Shown in pieces: positions 51,630-62,512 of a stretch of 64,000 bases of DNA. The notes below the pieces were generated by a model, which saw only the letters and a list, made by a program, of their open reading frames with translations, made no database searches and had not been told where the DNA came from. Numbering within the stretch: the stretch's first letter is position 1; every line of letters starts with the position of its first letter. Both the position numbers and the translations under genes were made by a program. This DNA is from Podarcis tiliguerta (Eukaryota), in assembly GCA_965153285.1 (NCBI GenBank), contig OZ229115.1, one strand, 5' to 3'.

Positions 51630-52950
51630 CAGGGCCGGATTTCGCTTTGATGAGGCCCTAAGCTACTGAAGGTAATATGTCCAGCTGTCCTTTGTCAACA
51701 ACAAATTGTTGCTGTTTTTTCTATTGAATGTATGCTATATGGTAATTTATGGACCTAATGTGTATCTAAAGCCATTTGCACATAACAAAATATGCATTTT
51801 ATCAAAGTACCGTATTTTTCGCCCTATAGGACGCACTTTTTCCCCTCCAAAAATGAAGGGGAAATGTGTGTGCGTCCTATGGGGCGAATGCAGGCTTTCG
51901 CTGAAGCCTGGAGAGCGAGAGGGGTCGGTGCACAGCGCAAAAGCTCAGGGGACAGCAGGGAGGCGCAGCGCCGCCACCCTGCTATTCCTCGACCTGGTCT
52001 GGAGGCTGGCGGGGGGGGGGCGGAGAAGCAACCTTGCTTCTCCCCCCTGCCAGCCCCACAAGATCGGGGTCTAGCGGGGAGGCGGAGCACCGCCACCCCG
52101 CTATTCTCTGACCTGATCTGGAGGCTGGCGGGGGGGTGGAGAAGCAAGCTTGCTTCCCCCCCCTGCCAGCCCCACAACCTCGGGGGATAGCGGGGAGGTG
52201 GAGCACCGACACCCCGCTATTCCCCGACCTGATCTGGAGGCTGGCGGGGGGGAGAAGCAGGCTTGCTTTTTCCCCCTGCCAGCCCCACAACCTCGGGGGA
52301 TAGCAGGGAGGCGGAGCACCGCCACCCCGCTATTCCCCGACCTGATCTGGAGGCTGGCAGGGGGAGAAGCAGGCTTGCTTTCCCCCCCTGACAGCCCCAC
52401 AACCTCGGGGGATAGCGGGGAGGCGGAGCACCACCACCCCGCTATTCCCCGACCTGATCTGGAGGCTGGCGGGGGGGGGGGAGAGAAGCAAGCTTGCTTC
52501 TCCCCCCCGCCAGCCCCACAACCTTGGGGGACAGCGGGGCAAGCCGCTGCCCCACGGAGGCTAGAGAGGCTGTCCCTGAAGGCAGAAGAGGGAGACGGAG
52601 CGCTCCGTCTCCCTCTTCTAGCTTGGGTATGGCTGCGCAAACCTGGGGGGGGAAATAAAATTTTTTTCCTTGATTTCCCCCCCCCCCCCAAAAAAAAACT
52701 AGGTGCGTCCTATGGGCCGGTGCGTCCTATAGGGCGAAAAATACGGTAATTGTTGAACTGAAATACAATTAAGAAGTATATTAATAGTGAAATAATTATT
52801 AAGCTCTAACTGTATGCAGGTTTTATTTTCTTTGTTTTTATCTTACATTTTGGAAATGAACATCCAGGTTTGTTTTCCTTTAAATTTTTTGGGGGCCCCC
52901 TAGAGAGTGGGGCCCTAAGCTAGTTTATCTTATATGTAAATCCAGCACTG
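51630..52950. mobile_element. hAT-type MITE hosting a nested Tc2-like element
   Basis: TIRs CAGGGCCGGATTT / AAATCCAGCACTG (11/13). 8-bp TSD CAAATAGC / CAAAAAGC. Subterminal ggccctaagcta on both arms. Confidence 0.8.
51810..52746 (+). mobile_element. Tc2/pogo-like non-autonomous DNA transposon (copy A)
   Basis: Perfect 27-bp TIR CCGTATTTTTCGCCCTATAGGACGCAC with TA TSD. CCGTA termini are typical of TcMar-Tc2 (MER104-like). ~5 internal tandem units of 112-119 bp. Confidence 0.9.
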
Positions 52951-52963
52951 CAAAAAGCCTTTA

Positions 52964-53286
52964 TGGCGCTGTGGGTTAAACCACAGAGCCTAGGACTTGC
53001 CGATCAGAAGGTTGACGGTTTGAATCCTAGCAGGCAACCGAATCCTAGCCAACCTAGCAGTTCGAAAGCATATCCAAGTGCAAGTAGATAAATAGGTACT
53101 GCTCCAGCGGGACGGTAAACAGCGTTTCCGTGCGCTGCTCTGGTTCGCCAGAAGCAGCTTAGTCATGCTGGCCACATGACCCAGAAGCTGTACGCCGGCT
53201 CCCTCGGCCAATAAAACGAGATGAGCGCTGCAACCCCAGAGTTGGTTCACGACTGGACCTAATGGTCAGGGGCCCCTTACCTTTAC
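52964..53286 (+). mobile_element. Sauria SINE, slightly 5'-truncated with a rearranged middle
   Basis: tggcgctgtgggttaaaccacagagcctagg..caagtagataaatagg..ccttacctttac; closely similar to the 17.9-kb copy. Confidence 0.9.
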
Positions 53287-53330
53287 TAGCTTAGCTTTAC
53301 TACAAATAGTGCTGTTTGCTCCCATTATTA

Positions 53331-53931
53331 CCGTATTTTTCGCTCCATAGGGCGCACCGGCCCATAGGACGCACCAAGTTTTTTTGGGGGGAAATAAAGA
53401 AAAAAAAATTTATTTCCCCCCCAGGCGCTTGTGGGGCCAGCAGCGGGGAGAAGCGCTCTTCTCCCCACCGCCTGCCTTCAGACCAGGTCAGGGGACAGCG
53501 GGAAGACGCGCTGCGCTTCCCTGCTGTCCCCGGAGCTTGTGGGGCAGGCAGCGGGGAGAAGCGCTCTTCTCCCCGCCGCCAGCCTTCAGATCAGGTCCGG
53601 GGACAGCGGGAAGACGCGCTGCGCCTCCCCGCTGTCCCTGGAGTTTAAGGGGCTGGCAGCGGGGAGAAGCACAGGTCTCCCCGCCGTCAGCCTCCAAACC
53701 ACATCGGGAGACAGCGGGATGGCAGCGTTCCGCCTCCCCGCTGTCCCCCGACCTTGTGGGGCTGGCGCTGGGGTTCTCCTGAAGTCTGGAGAGTGAGAGG
53801 GGTCGGTGCGCACCAACCCCTCTCACTCTCCAGGCTTCAGCGAAAGCCTGCATTCGCTCCATAGGACGCACACACTTTCCCCCTTCATTTTTGGAGGGGG
53901 AAAAGTGTGTCCTATGGAGCAAAAAATACGG
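53331..53931 (-). mobile_element. Tc2/pogo-like non-autonomous DNA transposon (copy B, inverted relative to A)
   Basis: TA|CCGTATTTTTCGCTCCATAGG...CCTATGGAGCAAAAAATACGG|TA; ~3 internal units of ~108 bp. Confidence 0.9.
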
Positions 53932-54695
53932 TATTTTTCTAAGGGAACTACCATTGTGGACCTTTTCTTCAAGCTAAAAGTATTACCAATTACCTTATAC
54001 CCATTACTATTGTCCCTGTATTCTTTATTATCTTAACAGAGACCATCCCTTTTTGCTAGTGGAAGCCAACCAGACAAGGTGATGGGCAGAATTTTTTTTA
54101 CTGATCTATGTAAGGCTGGCATAAAAGATGCATTATGAACTTAAACTTGCAATTCTCCCAAGGCTGCTTTGACCTCTGCGCTCCTATGTAGATTTTAAGC
54201 AGAGTGTTTTCCTTCTGGCTGGCTGAACAGAAAGTAGAATCTCAGCTGATGCATTTCAGAAAATAAGTCTTCTGCTTCCTGATCATCCAGTCAGAAGGAA
54301 AGCCCTGTGTTAAGACTCTGCCGCAGAAAAAGAAGGTCAAGGAAACCCAAAGGAGTAGCACCTCAGTCAAGACTGTAATGTATCTTTTATACTACAAGCT
54401 AGTCTTCTTTAGAGAGCCAGATCCAACAGTGGACGGGTAGGCGCAGGGCTGTTCTGCTTCCTTATGGTGAAGGGACCCTTGCCTTATGTACTCATTAATA
54501 ACAGCTGCTATGTATAAAAACACTGTATGTTTCTAAAGTTCTCCTTTGCATTGGGCTTCATGATGAAAAACAAGCCTCTAATTGTGCTTTGCTTGGTTGA
54601 TGAACTCATTTACAGTACTCAGCATAGTAGGATATATATATACATATAACGCCATAACTTGAATATCAATAGTTATTAACTTGTATAACTAAATA

Positions 54696-55619
54696 CCGTA
54701 TTTTTCGTTCCATAGGACGCTCCGTCCCATAGGACGCACTTACTTTTTAGGGGGGGAAATAAAGGAAAATTTTTTTTCCTTTATTTCCCCCCCAAAACCA
54801 GGCCAGGGAACAGTGGGATGGCTGCGCTGCGCCTCCCCGCTGTCCCCCAAGCTTGTGGGGCTGGCCGATGTCTGCCCGGCGCGAGGGGCGCTCTGCTTCA
54901 GGGCGCCCCACGCGCCGGGCGGCAGGCTGCCGCCCGTAAGCATTGCGCTCCCGGGGGGACTTCCCCCGGGGCGCGCAAGGCTTGGTGACACCTCCGCGAA
55001 GCACGGGGCGTCCTCCGAAGGGCGCCCCGTGCTCTGCGCTGCGGGCTGCCTCCCGCAAGCCTTGTGTTCCCGGGGGACTTCCCCCGGGCGCGCAAGGCTT
55101 GGCGACACCTCCGCGAAGCACGGGGTGTCCTCCGAAGGGCGCCCCGTGCTCCGCGCTGCGGGCTGCCTCCTGCAAGCCTTGCGTTCCCGGGGGACTTCCC
55201 CCGGGCGCGCAAGGCTTGGCGACACCTGCGCGAAGCAGGAGGCGTCCTCCGAAGGGCGCCCCGTGCTCCGCGCTGCAGGCTGCTGCCTGCAAGCCTCGCG
55301 CTCCCGGTGGGGACTTCCCCCCGGGCGCGCAAGGCTTGGCGACACCTGTGCGAAGCAGGAGGCGTCCTCCGAAGGGCGCCCCGTGCTGCACGCTGCAGGC
55401 TGCCGCCCGCAAGCCTTGCACGCCCAGGGGAACTCCCCCTGGTGTGCAAGGCTTGCGGATAGCTTCCTGGAGCCTGGAGAGCAAGAGGTGTCGGTGCGCA
55501 CCGACGCCTCTCGCTCTCCAGGCTTTCGCCAAAGCCTGCATTCGCTCCATAGGACACACACACATTTCCCCTTCATTTTTGGAGGGGGAAAAGTACGTCC
55601 TATAGAGCGAACAATACGG
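54696..55619 (-). mobile_element. Tc2/pogo-like non-autonomous DNA transposon (copy C)
   Basis: TA|CCGTATTTTTCGTTCCATAGGACGC...CGTCCTATAGAGCGAACAATACGG|TA; ~4 internal CpG-rich units of 117-119 bp. Confidence 0.9.
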
Positions 55620-56283
55620 TAACATGTATTGCTTCATGTTAACCACTTGGCAAAATGGTTATGGGGCTGAATTTAGCTGGACCAGTTTGACCTCCAGTAA
55701 GTGGGTTGTATCTGGCCACTGTTATCCGGTGAGGCAAAATCACACTTGGCCCAGGGATTGGGGGAAATGTGCTCACTTCACATTATAATGCAGACCTATG
55801 TAATGTGCCCTCTGTGAATGAATACATGAACTGGAAAAACGAGAAAACAAGAGACAAAAACAGACAACTTTGACCATTCATAGTTCAGCTTAGCAGCCCA
55901 GGACTAGCTTCGAGTGTTCACAGAGAATCAAACTGCTCTGGCGTGTTGGCAACATTTCTGAAAATGGGACCTAGAAGGATAAGCAGCCCCTGAATCGGGC
56001 CTCCCCGCCGCCAGGTACTTTTCAAAATATAAAGATCTTCACTGTAATAGTGAAGCCAATTCATTTATGCATAATTATGTCCCATGTTATTTGAAGGTAG
56101 ACCATTGACTATAGTTAATATATGCAGCTCCTCCAAGTACAGGTCCAAATATGTTAAATGACAATAGGCTCACCTACAGGAAAGACAGGAAACTAAGCAC
56201 CATTGTTCTCCTATCTCAGTCCAGTTCTTCTCAAATTGAAGGTTCTGCGCTACAGGTGGCAACCTTTAGGCAGCAGCCGAAAG

Positions 56284-56507
56284 AAAGAAAGAAGATTCCA
56301 CCTAAACATTAGGAAGAACTTCCTGACAGTAAGAGCTGTTCGACAGTGGAATTTGCTGCCAAGGAGTGTGGTGGAGTCTCCTTCTTTGGACGTCTTTAAG
56401 CAGAGGCTTGACAACCATATGTCAGGAGTGCTCTGATGGTGTTTCCTGCTTGGCAGGGGGTTGGACTCGATGGCCCTTGTGGTCTCTTCCAACTCTATGA
56501 TTCTATG
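56284..56507 (+). mobile_element. CR1 LINE 3' end
   Basis: ERRFHLNIRKNFLTVRAVRQWNLLPRSVVESPSLDVFKQRLD is the CR1 ORF2 C-terminus. The 3' UTR ends CTCTATGATTCTATGA. Confidence 0.93.
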
Positions 56508-57881
56508 AAAGGAATGTGTCAGAGGGTAAAAACTGCATGTGGCTGCTCACTGCTACAGGGGGATCAGCCCTTTATGCTGACAATCCTGGGATGGGGGCCA
56601 GGTAGGAATTCTTCCATTTTGCAGATTGGCAATGGCCACTTGGTTTTCGCCTACCTCTTAGCCTACCTCGTAACAACTTTGTAAGGTTTGGCGGTTAGGC
56701 ATTGGCTCACTATTCCATTAAAGGAATGCAGGGCCTGGATTCTGTCCGATGTCCGCTTGAAGGGCCAGGGCCATGCCAGGCCTCTGGAGACATGGAGGAG
56801 AGCTACAGGCAGGTTCCCCCCATGTGGTTTACCCTTACTGACTTCCTGCAAAGGGGGCAGGAGTCCGATATGGTCCTTTGCCAATACTGCTCACATTTCC
56901 GTAATCAAAGTTTTGGCCTAAAATTTTGCCCAATAACCAAAATTCTGTGTCAGAGTGAATTTTATTCTAACGAGGGGCTGGTTTGGGGGCCTTGCCACGC
57001 AAACTGCCTTCCTGTAAAAAATCCTGCTATGCCTTGATGGATAAAAAAATAAAGATTGTAATACTTTTGAGCAAGTGCTGCCTTTTCTTCACAACGCTAG
57101 CCAAGTCTTTGAAGAAATATAAATAAATGTATTATTGCTGTTTGCTGCCTTTGTCTTGTGATCCACAAATCTACATTCTCTGAATTGAAACAACGTGCTG
57201 CTGCCTAAGAATAGTGCTGCACTCTTTCTTTTTTGCAATTTCAGTGAATGTATTTAGACATCTGTCCTGGCTTTTGATTTTAAAAACCACAGCAAGGCAA
57301 ACATTTTGCTTATCAGTAGATTGCAGATTTGACTACTAACAGCACGGTTGTCATTTCTTTAAAGGTTAGTTGTGAATTCCAAGTTTGAAAGCTTCAGTTT
57401 AAGATTGCAGGTAGATGCAAAGTGCAACGTAATTCAAGATATAGGAGCTGATAAGACACTCGGTTATTCAAATACAAAGACTTTAAGATACTACAGAAAA
57501 GAAGTGCTAACAACACAGAAAGCAAAATGACATTAAAAAAACCAAGTGGGAGAGTGCACTTGAACACCATATTTACTTGAATCTAATGCTCACCTTTTTT
57601 GGCCAAATTATGTTATGAAAATTAAGATGTGCATTAGATTTGATGGCACATTAGACTCGAGTAAATATGGTATATACAGAGGCAGCATAAACAAGATCAT
57701 TGAGTGAAGATAACATAGCTTCCAAGTGCATCATTGAGTGCAACAGAACCCTGTGTTCATGCCAAGTTCACTTCCAAATTCTAAAGCCCTCTATAAAAAT
57801 GAAGACATCTCTCTCTCTCCCTCTTACTGGGAGAATATGCTTAGCATTAATAAAGTAGGACTGAAGATATTGGGCCTTGTC

Positions 57882-58640
57882 CCAACTATTCTGGACAACA
57901 GCCATACAAGAAATATGTAAAATAACTAAGCAAGTAATAGACATCACCCCAGAATTGGCCCTACTAACATCTTCCAAGACAACAATGCCCATTTACACCA
58001 CAAAGAACTCATAACCCACCTACTCTCAGCAGCCAGAAGCATCATAGCCAGACACTGGAGAGACCTGTCAGGAGTAAGCATGGACCAATGGTACCAAATA
58101 GTATGGGAAACAGCCCTACTAGAAAAATTAACTAATAAACTGAAACTGACACGGGGACAAACAGAAGAAGACACCTTCACCCCGGTATGGCTCCCCTTTA
58201 TCACATACACAGCCCAACAGGACAATGACAATAATCCACCAACAGCATACAAATCAATATGGCTAACCTGATCCAAAACACCCACCCACCTCACTCATAC
58301 ACGAAAACAAAGATCACCACAGCCAATCACAAGCAAACAATCACACCCTAGGCCAACCCCAACCTCTCTCACCACCAAAGGAACGCAAGTGAACAACACA
58401 AGCAATGCTGACACCAAACTCTACATACATTAAACAAATAGAAACACTGCCACCCGACCCCACCCCCATCCATTCTCCCTCTCTCCATCCCCCTTTTCTT
58501 TTTTCTTTTTTTCCTTCTCCCCCTAATGCCTCAACAAATGAAACAGATTTGTAAAAATGTTACATGGAAAAAAAAAATGAGGCATTACACTTACTTCTGT
58601 AAAACAAGAAAATCCTTAATAAAATATTTTTTTAAAAAAA
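57882..58640 (+). mobile_element. 5'-truncated L1-clade LINE
   Basis: QLFWTTAIQEICKITKQVIDITPELALL, then one frameshift, then ..LLSAARSIIARHWR..MDQWYQIVWETALLEKL. 3' UTR, AATAAA and A-rich tail. Perfect 20-bp TSD TGAAGATATTGGGCCTTGTC at 57862-57881 and 58641-58660. Confidence 0.9.
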
Positions 58641-60393
58641 TGAAGATATTGGGCCTTGTCATAGTTTTAACTATTGATCATACAGAACAAACTTGGACTA
58701 TTCGCCCTCTAAATATTGTGGTAGCTTCAAGGGAAAAGAACAGGTCCATTCAATTCCTTAATGTAGCAGTAGCCAACATGGAGCCCTCTAGATAATTTAG
58801 GCCTCCAAGTTCCATTGGCCTAATGGTAGGGGGCCATTGGAGTTGTAGTCTAAATCATTTGGAGGGCACCATTTTGGCCATCCCTGTCTCAATGCTTTTT
58901 CAGATAGTCTATTATTTAACTGTAGATTTCCCCTACCTGATGAAAGTGCGGGAGAGCCAAAACGGAACACCTGCTCATCCCTCCCTTTAAACTGTCACAA
59001 TGCTGATATGGAGCCATACAATGTGCAAACATTAAAAAGCAAAGCACAATAGTATAGTTCAAACTGATGGGGAAAGTGGGATAAAGGAACATTTTTAAAG
59101 AGACAAAGTAGTTATTGAAGAGTCTGACACCCCCTTAGTTGTATACTGCTTAGAAATCTAAAGCCACAAATGACAAAGAAAACATTTCAAATTTTACCTC
59201 TTCTTTAAAAAAAAAAAAGTAACTGAGGAAGTGAGACTGCACAGACTTCAGGGATGACAGAGGTTTCAGGTGAGGGCAGAAATGGTTTTAGGGTCATGGG
59301 AAAGGGACTATTGGGTAGCAGCTAGTACATTCAGATATCTGTGGTTGGAAGCACATTCTTAAAAGCCTGGAAACCGATGCACATTATGCACTAAAAATAA
59401 ATCCACCATTTCCATTAATTTGTTTCATATGCTCCATACACAGAAAGATGAGCAATAAATCACATAGTGCTTGAACTGTTTCAAATCACAGCGCAGTGTA
59501 ATAAAAGAAACATTTTTCATATGGCAGCATTGGAATACATTGAGATGAGATGGGGATGTTCAACACTCACAGGCACTGTAGCATCACAATCTTTCTGACA
59601 AAACACAGATGCCAGAATAAAAATAGCCACGGTCACCCTCATAAAACATCTATCAACACCCACAACATGCAGCGTGCAGTTAACGATTAAAGCAATTGTG
59701 TTGCCTTAGCATTTTGTCATGGAAAATATATATTTAAAATGATAGGGTTATATGTTCTCTGTATCAATGGGTTGTTAACCCATAGACATCAGCATTGTAA
59801 TTTAATATTTTCATTAGACCCTTTAACTAATAGGCTTTCCAATTGACCATTATTGTGGCCACAGAGTGGGAAGGCACATCTTAATTTATTGATGGTGCTT
59901 AATTCATTCTCTTAAAAAATATGTTGCACTGCTGATGTCAGTTCAGTCCTGGATGAACATTGCCTGCCACTTTGCAATTTCTATCAGAAAAAGATAAAAT
60001 GCACAATATACAAATATCTTAAATGGTAATCATGAATACCAGAAACTGCAGAGCGTTGATATTCTGTAAGAAAAACAATAACTATGAACCTGTTGTTGAT
60101 AATCTCTCATTTCACAGTTGCTGTAATATATATTTTCCCTAGGGTTGTATTTTTTTATTATTATTATTCTGACAACACAAAAGTGCACCACCTAGAAATG
60201 GAATTATCAACCAGTGATGCATCAATGGTGTGAGAAGTAGTGAAATGAAGGTATGAAATATTCCATATTGTATATGTGGAATATATTATGTTTGTGGCTA
60301 GCATCAATGTAAATGAAGGCAGGCAATGGTGAATATGAATAGCTCAAAAGTGACAGAGAGAAAAGGACAGATACCTACCCCAACCTGCGCTAT

Positions 60394-60477
60394 CTAGCTA
60401 TCGCCCTGTGGACTTACAGTATCACCAATGGGCTCACCAAATGGATCACTGTTGGATGAGGCCTGAGATCCATCAGG
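60394..60477 (-). CDS. DAB1: Disabled-1, stop-codon exon (exon probably extends to 60379)
   Basis: ttctag|CCT; PDGSQASSNSDPFGEPIGDTVSPQGDS* with TAG at 60394-60396, then ATAGCGCAGGTTGGG|gtaggt. Confidence 0.95.
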   Translation of the reverse strand, partial: PDGSQASSNSDPFGEPIGDTVSPQGDS

Positions 60478-62384
60478 CTAGAATACAAGAACATAACACC
60501 TTTTTTTCTCAACAACAGAAAGGAAAACAAAGTCAGCAGTTATTTTCATGCAGTGGGTGCATTTTAATATGAATGTCTATTGTGGATGAAAATAATTTAA
60601 AAGCCATATACTACAGCTGATATTTCCTAGGACCAACTGCTGCCAGCGGGCCAGCCCTGGATAGGATAGTAAACTGATTTGAGCTCACAGAAACAGTCTT
60701 TTAGGTTAGTGCATTTTGGCCAAAGCTAACTTCACCTTCAACACTTGGTCAAGAAGCAGACAAATGCCTAGTGCATAGCTTCTGCTTTAAGCCTGCCTAA
60801 TTAGTGGTTCTAGTTTGTGATGAGCCATTCATGTGAAGCAGTTACCATGGCCACGTCTGACTATTTTTGCACCGCAACTCAAACCCAGCCAAATATGAGT
60901 TTTCAGCAATGTGAGAAGCAATCTGGATCTGTGTATGGTGCCCATAATTGGTTTGTGGTCATCACAAGCAAATTTGGACACCACAGATCTGAGACCAGGT
61001 TGCCATTATCAATGTGAGGTCATGCTTCTGCTGTCTCCTTGCAAGTGGGGCAGGCACAGGGTCATGCGTTAGCTATTGTATTCACTACTCGTGCTATTCA
61101 ACTTAAGCCAAGCCATGTGATTGTACTGACAGCAAAACTTATCCATATTGTCACCTACCCAAGCCACTACACATTGACCTGTGAAGGGTTGTCCATTCCC
61201 AGCATTAAGGTGTATACTTACTTTCATTTTCAAATGTCACTGATTCCCCCCTCCCCCTGGGAAATCAATGTGTTGTGCTATTTTTACAATGTCTGAAGAA
61301 ATCTGCCAGCTCCTCCCCCGAAAAACAATCTGGTCATATAAAGCATTCCTGTTGAATGCTAGAAAATGGAGAGCATGGATTCCCTCTTCCCTGCCAATCA
61401 TCCTCCCTGGCTTGCCCTGGAGAAAGCAGAGGGAAGAACTCACTTCTCTGTAAGATCCTTCCTAGGTTGAGTTCAGCCTGAAGGGGGCAAAACTCGACTC
61501 AGACACTGAGTGCCAGGGGCTGCATTTTGAACTCCCCCCCCTTGCATCACACCAAAGTCTTTCAGCCCCAATATCCTTCTGCGTTTCTAAGGCAGAACTG
61601 CAAATTTATATTGGCTACAATGGTGCCATCACACAAAGCTTTGATGGCACACTTCTGCTTCCGGTTCTTGAAATCTAATTAACAGTTGCTCCTCCTGTAT
61701 TCTGTCTCTTCGAAGAGCTGGCAGGAGGAGGTAGATACAGACTAATAAATCATGAGAGAACAATTCAGCTGAAATGTATAACAAGTAGGAACACTCAAAT
61801 AGACTGCATAAGCTGACATGTAGATAAAAATGTTAAGTTAATCTGTGCAATCTTCCATTTTGACTTACACGTTTTTGCTTCAGCAGTATACGTGCTAGTC
61901 TAGCACATATTGGTGCTGATGGGGAAACTGGAAGAGTGAAGTGGGAGCACTGATCAACACTCTGTCCTCTGTCATTTACATTAGTTGTGAGCAGTCAGGA
62001 AAAAATCAGAAGAGTTTGAAGGGTGGGGGAAGAGGGATGGGTTCATTATTTCTCCTTCCATTTGATTAAACATTGCATCAAATAGGGAGAAAAATTGAGG
62101 GAACATTTGGGTGCATATCCTAACTCTCTATTTTTTGTAGGGCAACCTTCATTGCCCAAAGTCAATGTTAAGTGTCTATAATTGGACTTGGAAACTCTCC
62201 TCTATTTTCGTCTACAGTCCAATTTTCTTGATTGAATACTGCCTTTAATGTGATCTACAGCAAATGTTTTAGTACTCATGCAAAGTAGAATTTGACTAGA
62301 ATTTTCAAAATTTTCAGAACTGTGAACCATGTACATAGTAACTGAGCAGTTTATGGGTTAATGATTTGGAGTTGTCCCACTTAC

Positions 62385-62512
62385 CGCTTCCTGTTCTTCA
62401 CTTTTACTTGGACTTTCAAAGCCCTCTTCAAAGAGGTCATCTGCAGCAGGGTCACTGGTATGAGATGCTGAGGATTTGGATGGAGAACTTTGTCTAGGAG
62501 CAGGAGTTGGAG
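62385..62512 (-). CDS. DAB1: Disabled-1, penultimate coding exon
   Basis: ttcag|CT..GCG|gtaagt, 128 nt; [43 protein letters not shown], with two SPSK Cdk5-consensus sites. Confidence 0.97.

Noticed and set aside
51947-55440. CRISPR-like appearance of palindromic repeats
   Set aside because: There are no unique spacers (whole units repeat), no cas genes, the context is a vertebrate intron, and the arrays are bounded by transposon TIRs.
52101-55646. Long 130-299 aa ORFs on both strands
   Set aside because: They lie inside GC-rich palindromic tandem arrays of MITEs. They are open in many frames because stops are rare, are repetitive, and show no transposase motifs.
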